A stretch of 11,289 nucleotides of DNA from positions 1 to 11,289 of the forward strand of contig JAWOBN010000013.1 in NCBI GenBank assembly GCA_046484245.1. Reading direction: 5' to 3'. Below the pieces are notes generated by a model, which worked only from the letters and a program-made list of their open reading frames with translations, searched no databases and was not told where the DNA came from. Of the stretch, positions 8,301 to 11,289 are shown piece by piece (the first letter of the stretch is position 1; each line of letters starts with the position of its first letter). This DNA is from a bacterium (GTDB lineage Bacteria; Hydrothermota; 32-111). The translations under genes and the position numbers were made by a program.

Positions 8301-9027
8301 TCTGTTCGTCCAGCCCCGCAATAACACTGCGCTTGAATTCATCCCTTTCCCTTACATTGAGTGCCTGATAAATCTGTATGGGTTCGCTCTTGCCCTTTAC
8401 ACTGACAGGTTCCAGTTCAGCAAAATCAAATCTATTCTTCACATATTTGTATGTAGAATCACTGATTATGACCTGTCCTGCATTTGCAACACCTTCAAGG
8501 CGGGCAGAGAGATTGACATTATCGCCCATCACAGTATATTCCATCCTCTGGTCTGTTCCCATATTGAGTGCCACAATCTCCCCTGTATTGATGCCAATGG
8601 ACATCCTGACCTTTATGAGTTCACCCTTTGCAGGCACAGGCTCAATGGTCTCTATTGCCTCCTGCATCTCCAGAGCTGCCCTGACAGCCCTCTCCGGGTC
8701 ATTCTTATGCGCTACAGGCGCCCCGAATACAACCATAATGGCATCTCCGACAAACTTGTCCACATCACCGCCGTATTTATCAACTATATAGAGCATCTTG
8801 TTGAAATACTTGTTGATGACCTTAATGACATCCTCGGGGTCAAGGCGTTCAGACAGTGCAGTAAAACCGGATACATCGCCGAAGAGTATTGTGACAAACC
8901 GTCTCTCACCCTCAACACGGACATTATAGGGATTATAATCTATCTTCTCTACAATTCTACGGGGGAGATATTTTTCATATGCCTTTATCTTAGCTGTAAG
9001 ATGGCTTAGTTTATCTTGATTTTCCAT
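5302..9027 (-). CDS. Class III adenylate cyclase fused to a STAND/AAA-type P-loop NTPase and a TPR array
   Basis: 1241 aa. Cyclase domain at aa ~43-222: VTILFGDVSGFT (D51), DKFVGDAIM (K91, D95), GINTGE, YTVMGDNVNLSARLE (T165, N172, R176), VKGK (K211). Walker A GDEGTGKS (aa 265-272), Walker B LILFIDDYHHID, GxP motif TGGHPGY, a winged-helix-like LLQYASILGNTF segment, then ~40-aa-period TPRs (e.g. YNYRGLVQQQSGKPREAEDMYRKSLEIA, YVNLGRIYWFMGKLDNAQRTMEKALKI). Confidence 0.93.
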   Translation of the reverse strand: MENQDKLSHLTAKIKAYEKYLPRRIVEKIDYNPYNVRVEGERRFVTILFGDVSGFTALSERLDPEDVIKVINKYFNKMLYIVDKYGGDVDKFVGDAIMVVFGAPVAHKNDPERAVRAALEMQEAIETIEPVPAKGELIKVRMSIGINTGEIVALNMGTDQRMEYTVMGDNVNLSARLEGVANAGQVIISDSTYKYVKNRFDFAELEPVSVKGKSEPIQIYQALNVRERDEFKRSVIAGLDEQKGNIEGFVSKSAEGGTDKLLITGDEGTGKSVLTAHFLDRADRLNINILTIKGESFLMHTPYSALKAFFKCIFEIGDSETRDNIKAKIDNVLMKEYRRGIYYLFELADTSHLDENTLISYIHHSLSQIIDARSASGELILFIDDYHHIDRQSKKVLSGLTEQIENIPVIYSSRTEPDSDFDIVIETPYLSEEQIGMMIEEMTGYDASDSFISAIMDKTGGHPGYTAALTEFMLSSELYDKEGNTLLLSDESQGAVPDSLKSIFLEKIDTLPESVKTLLQYASILGNTFSADYITRIFRFDKASVDEDLTFLTDNNYLRFLGGSQYRFQTEIFHNAVYSSLMKTKRIEVHNQIAVYFEKNLYPESREKARDISYHYDKAANSSRAPVFLREAGDLDMQLFAHSGAMGKYSRALEYHRKNNEYSLFNTVAFRIVNILISSGDLNKAEQFLIENEDIFSKDKKHYAGYYNYRGLVQQQSGKPREAEDMYRKSLEIAEQSGDEHLPTALYNQLSLIASEQGQYDKAAEYCNKALALSIKHNRLRDTGSQYVNLGRIYWFMGKLDNAQRTMEKALKIQTDNEFHRDRMITLTNLAALIDRKGNKGKAKHMYDEALEIARKIGDDREEMKILNNIAGLMYEEGDTETAMKQFRRIKKIAAKTRQKTMDAEVTVNIAELEISAGNLEKASMLYREAMQIAEEIKHIHLLNYMRIKYSETVMLTGYLEDALHIAQANRISCADTLMPELKILSMEIEAKIRGIAGALEEEESILADALKEAEKYRNEELICQLGITMVKMLIKKGEFEKAEKRALNIIESARKMNNITMLTDILSTAAELYQNMENRITELSSVASEAFEVSSDTDNAVALLRNNITLARFYLATEDYTSCDDVLSKAENSAEKCGIIEHRLAASLIRDRFYEMQENTDMLSQNKIKQLNIINTYIERAGKLRIDLIEKRHIVDYSVSAVELMAEHISRGYAREIINNLSDYLRIELLKNAEIKNLMD

Positions 9028-9038
9028 AAATCCGATAT

Positions 9039-9123
9039 TGTCAGAGGGGGGAGTTGAACCCCCACAGAGTTATCCTCCACTAGAACCTGAATCTAGCGCG
9101 TCTACCAATTCCGCCACTCTGAC
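9039..9123 (-). tRNA. tRNA-Leu (anticodon CAG), 85 nt, CCA not encoded
   Basis: The - strand reads GTCAGAGTGGCGGAATTGGTAGACGCGCTAGATTCAGGTTCTAGTGGAGGATAACTCTGTGGGGGTTCAACTCCCCCCTCTGACA. Acceptor stem GTCAGAG/CTCTGAC with discriminator A; D arm GCG-GAATTGGTAGA-CGC; anticodon arm CTAGA-TTCAGGT-TCTAG; long variable arm; T arm GGGGG-TTCAACT-CCCCC. Confidence 0.97.
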
Positions 9124-9136
9124 TACTGGTTGAGAT

Positions 9137-9164
9137 ATTATATATACTTTAATAAATAAATCAA
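9137..9164 (-). promoter_or_regulatory. Sigma70-type promoter for tRNA-Leu and probably the downstream genes
   Basis: On the - strand: TTGATT (9164-9159), 16-bp AT-rich spacer, perfect TATAAT (9142-9137). The predicted +1 is near 9130, a few nt before the tRNA 5' end. Confidence 0.72.
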
Positions 9165-9203
9165 TAGTGAATGTGAAATTATTATGCTTTAAGTACTCTA
9201 ATT

Positions 9204-11174
9204 CTATTTTTTCAAATACCTCTCAAACCATCGCTTTATATGTTCCAGGCGTGCTATTCTCCTGTCTGCCCTTCCGTTTCTGGATAATCCGTGGGGTTCA
9301 CCGGGGAATACTATGAATTCAGTCTCAATACCAAGGTATTTCAAAGCAACATATATCTGCTCACCCTGTTCAATGGGACATCTGAAATCATTCATTGAAT
9401 GAATCACCATGGTCGGAGTACTTGCATTGCCGATAAAGCTGATTGGCGATTGTCTCAGGTAATTATCAGGATCCATGAATGGCGGTTTCAGTCCGAATTC
9501 ATGCTGGAATGCCCAGTTGAAATCACTGGAGCCCCACATACTGTATAGATTACTGACTGACCGCTGTGTTACTGCTGCATCAAATCTCCCTGTATGCCCG
9601 ATTATCCAGTTTGTCATATATCCGCCGTAACTTCCGCCTGTCACGCCCATTGACTTACCGTCAATATATTTCTTTCTCTGTACATAATCAGTCCACCTTA
9701 TAATATCCTCATAATCCACAGTACCCCAATTATTATTTATAGCACCTGTAAATGACTCCCCATAACCTGTTGAACCCCGGGGATTGCAGAAATGCACCAC
9801 ATATCCCTGAGCAGCAAGATAGTAGAATTCATGCATGAAGAACTCGCCGTATTGAAGATGAGGGCCACCGTGTATTTCAAGAATAGAGGGGTATTTCTTC
9901 CTATTGCTGAAACCGGGAGGTTTTAGAATCCATCCCTGCAGAGGACTGTCACCTCTCTTGAGGTAAATGCGTTCAATCTCTCCGAGGTCAATTTCCTCCA
10001 CCCATTTGTTGAGGTCCGTCAGTTGTCTCATCTTTCCTTCATGCAGGTTGTACTCGCATATTTCCCCGGGGTTTTTCATATTGCCGAAAAAATGATATAT
10101 ATTGTCACCTGCAATATCAAAATTGCCCACTACGCCCTTATTGTCAATTACCGGCTCATCACAATGTCCATTCAATTCTATTCTCCGCAGATTTGTACTT
10201 CCGTGATAAGAAGCCTGCAGATAGATATACCTGCTGTCTTTACTCCATTTGAATGCATGCCTGTGACTGCCCGAAAGATCATTGAGGGTACGCAGTCCTG
10301 TATTGTAGTCAGCCTCAGGATTGATGCAGAGAGGTTTGCCCCCCTTTTCAAGATCCTTGATCCATATACGTGCATTCCTCCATGTCCGGGTCTTTGTCCT
10401 GATGCCGAGGAATGCCATATATCTGCCGCAGGGTGACAACTGATGCATATATTTGTATCCTGTGAATGTGTCAATCTTCTCAATACGACCGCCAATTGCC
10501 TTAATCCTGTAAAACTCTCTCTTCCATAATTCAAGATGGGGATCGGGGCTTTGATTGGACATGAATATAATGTATTTAGAATCCTTAGTCCAGACAGGAG
10601 AACTATGATCATATTCCCCTTTTGTTATCTGTTTTATTCGCCCATTGCTGAGATTCAGTGTAAAGATATGAGACCGGTTATTATCAAGATATCCGCTGCC
10701 GTCCGATTTGAAAAAGCTTCTTGTGTATCTCCTGTATTTAATATCATCATCACTGTCTTTGGCTGTAAACCGGAATGCAATCCTCCTGTTATCGGGAGCA
10801 ATACACAATTCATTGAATTGCCCCTTCATATCAGTGAGCTTTTCCGCCTCACCGCCATCAACATCTATTGCATATATCTGAAACTGCTTTTCATCCTCTC
10901 TATTTGAAAGGAAATATATCTTTTTACTGTCCCGAGACCAGACTGGATGTATATCAGAATGTTTTCCCCTGGTGAATTGTCTGGTCGTATCAGTACTGAG
11001 ATCAGTCATATAGAGATGTGAGTATTTTTTCTCTTTCCCGTTCTTGTCATTGTCCTCCCGGACACTGAAAAGAACAGTAAAAACAATCTTGGACCTGTCA
11101 GGAGACATTGTGTTGTCTGAAATAATTCGGGCATTGTACAGATCCTCTGCTCTTATCTTCCTCTTCTTTTTCAT
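9204..11174 (-). CDS. S9-family (prolyl oligopeptidase clan, S9C-like acylaminoacyl/dipeptidyl aminopeptidase) serine peptidase
   Basis: 656 aa. N-terminal PD40/TolB-like beta-propeller repeats (SPDRSKIVF, PVWSRDSKKIYFLSNR, PVWTKDSKYIIF), then IHGGPH, NPRGSTGYG, nucleophile motif GGSYGG (nt 9621-9638), acid NDFRC and histidine GEPHG. No signal peptide. Confidence 0.95.
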   Translation of the reverse strand: MKKKRKIRAEDLYNARIISDNTMSPDRSKIVFTVLFSVREDNDKNGKEKKYSHLYMTDLSTDTTRQFTRGKHSDIHPVWSRDSKKIYFLSNREDEKQFQIYAIDVDGGEAEKLTDMKGQFNELCIAPDNRRIAFRFTAKDSDDDIKYRRYTRSFFKSDGSGYLDNNRSHIFTLNLSNGRIKQITKGEYDHSSPVWTKDSKYIIFMSNQSPDPHLELWKREFYRIKAIGGRIEKIDTFTGYKYMHQLSPCGRYMAFLGIRTKTRTWRNARIWIKDLEKGGKPLCINPEADYNTGLRTLNDLSGSHRHAFKWSKDSRYIYLQASYHGSTNLRRIELNGHCDEPVIDNKGVVGNFDIAGDNIYHFFGNMKNPGEICEYNLHEGKMRQLTDLNKWVEEIDLGEIERIYLKRGDSPLQGWILKPPGFSNRKKYPSILEIHGGPHLQYGEFFMHEFYYLAAQGYVVHFCNPRGSTGYGESFTGAINNNWGTVDYEDIIRWTDYVQRKKYIDGKSMGVTGGSYGGYMTNWIIGHTGRFDAAVTQRSVSNLYSMWGSSDFNWAFQHEFGLKPPFMDPDNYLRQSPISFIGNASTPTMVIHSMNDFRCPIEQGEQIYVALKYLGIETEFIVFPGEPHGLSRNGRADRRIARLEHIKRWFERYLKK

Positions 11175-11179
11175 AAAAA

Positions 11180-11187
11180 CTCCCTTT
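11180..11187 (-). promoter_or_regulatory. Shine-Dalgarno site of the peptidase gene
   Basis: The - strand reads AAAGGGAG TTTTT ATG, with the ATG at 11174. Confidence 0.75.
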
Positions 11188-11206
11188 ATTGATATTAACT
11201 GATTAA

Positions 11207-11289
11207 TTAAGGGTTATGACCGCCTTTTATTCTGCTCCTATTATCCTTCATGAAGCAGTAGAATCCTGCAAAGAATACAAGAGGATAAA
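11207..11289 (-). CDS. Probable C-terminus of an upstream membrane protein (runs off the right edge)
   Basis: The - frame starting at 11287 gives YPLVFFAGFYCFMKDNRSRIKGGHNP* with TAA at 11209-11207: a hydrophobic stretch followed by a basic tail, ending 32 bp before the peptidase start. Too short to assign a family. Confidence 0.45.
   Translation of the reverse strand, partial: YPLVFFAGFYCFMKDNRSRIKGGHNP

Noticed and set aside
8128..9009. 293-aa + strand ORF (also 8006-8368 and 8378-8791) antisense to the cyclase domain
   Set aside because: Shadow ORFs opposite a gene with fully conserved catalytic motifs; no recognisable motifs and atypical composition.
9172..9187. TGTGA half-site upstream of the tRNA/cyclase promoter, suggesting CRP autoregulation
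   Set aside because: The second half-site is TATGC rather than TCACA, so only a half-site is present.
10023..10907. ORFs of 123-144 aa overlapping the peptidase gene
   Set aside because: Antisense or off-frame shadows of a well-conserved S9 peptidase.

Overview
Bacterial chromosomal window from a probable diderm (it encodes an AsmA-like protein). From left to right: the 3' end and right inverted repeat of an ISL3-family insertion sequence (1-221); a ~380-bp intergenic region holding a GTAG-type REP-like hairpin bracketed by 7-bp-period repeats and a sigma70-like promoter that appears to start a leaderless transcript; a + strand pair (GlcD/D-2-hydroxyacid dehydrogenase-like FAD oxidoreductase, then a secreted protein with an OB-fold and a possibly degenerate PLD-like domain); a convergent - strand unit of tRNA-Leu(CAG), a class III adenylate cyclase-STAND NTPase-TPR protein and an AsmA-like protein; an S9-family serine peptidase; and probably the last codons of a membrane-protein gene. 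The best candidates for something undescribed are the tightly packed tRNA-Leu/cyclase-STAND-TPR/AsmA unit, the secreted pseudo-PLD + OB-fold protein and the composite REP-like element. All family calls come from reading motifs by eye; no database searches were run.
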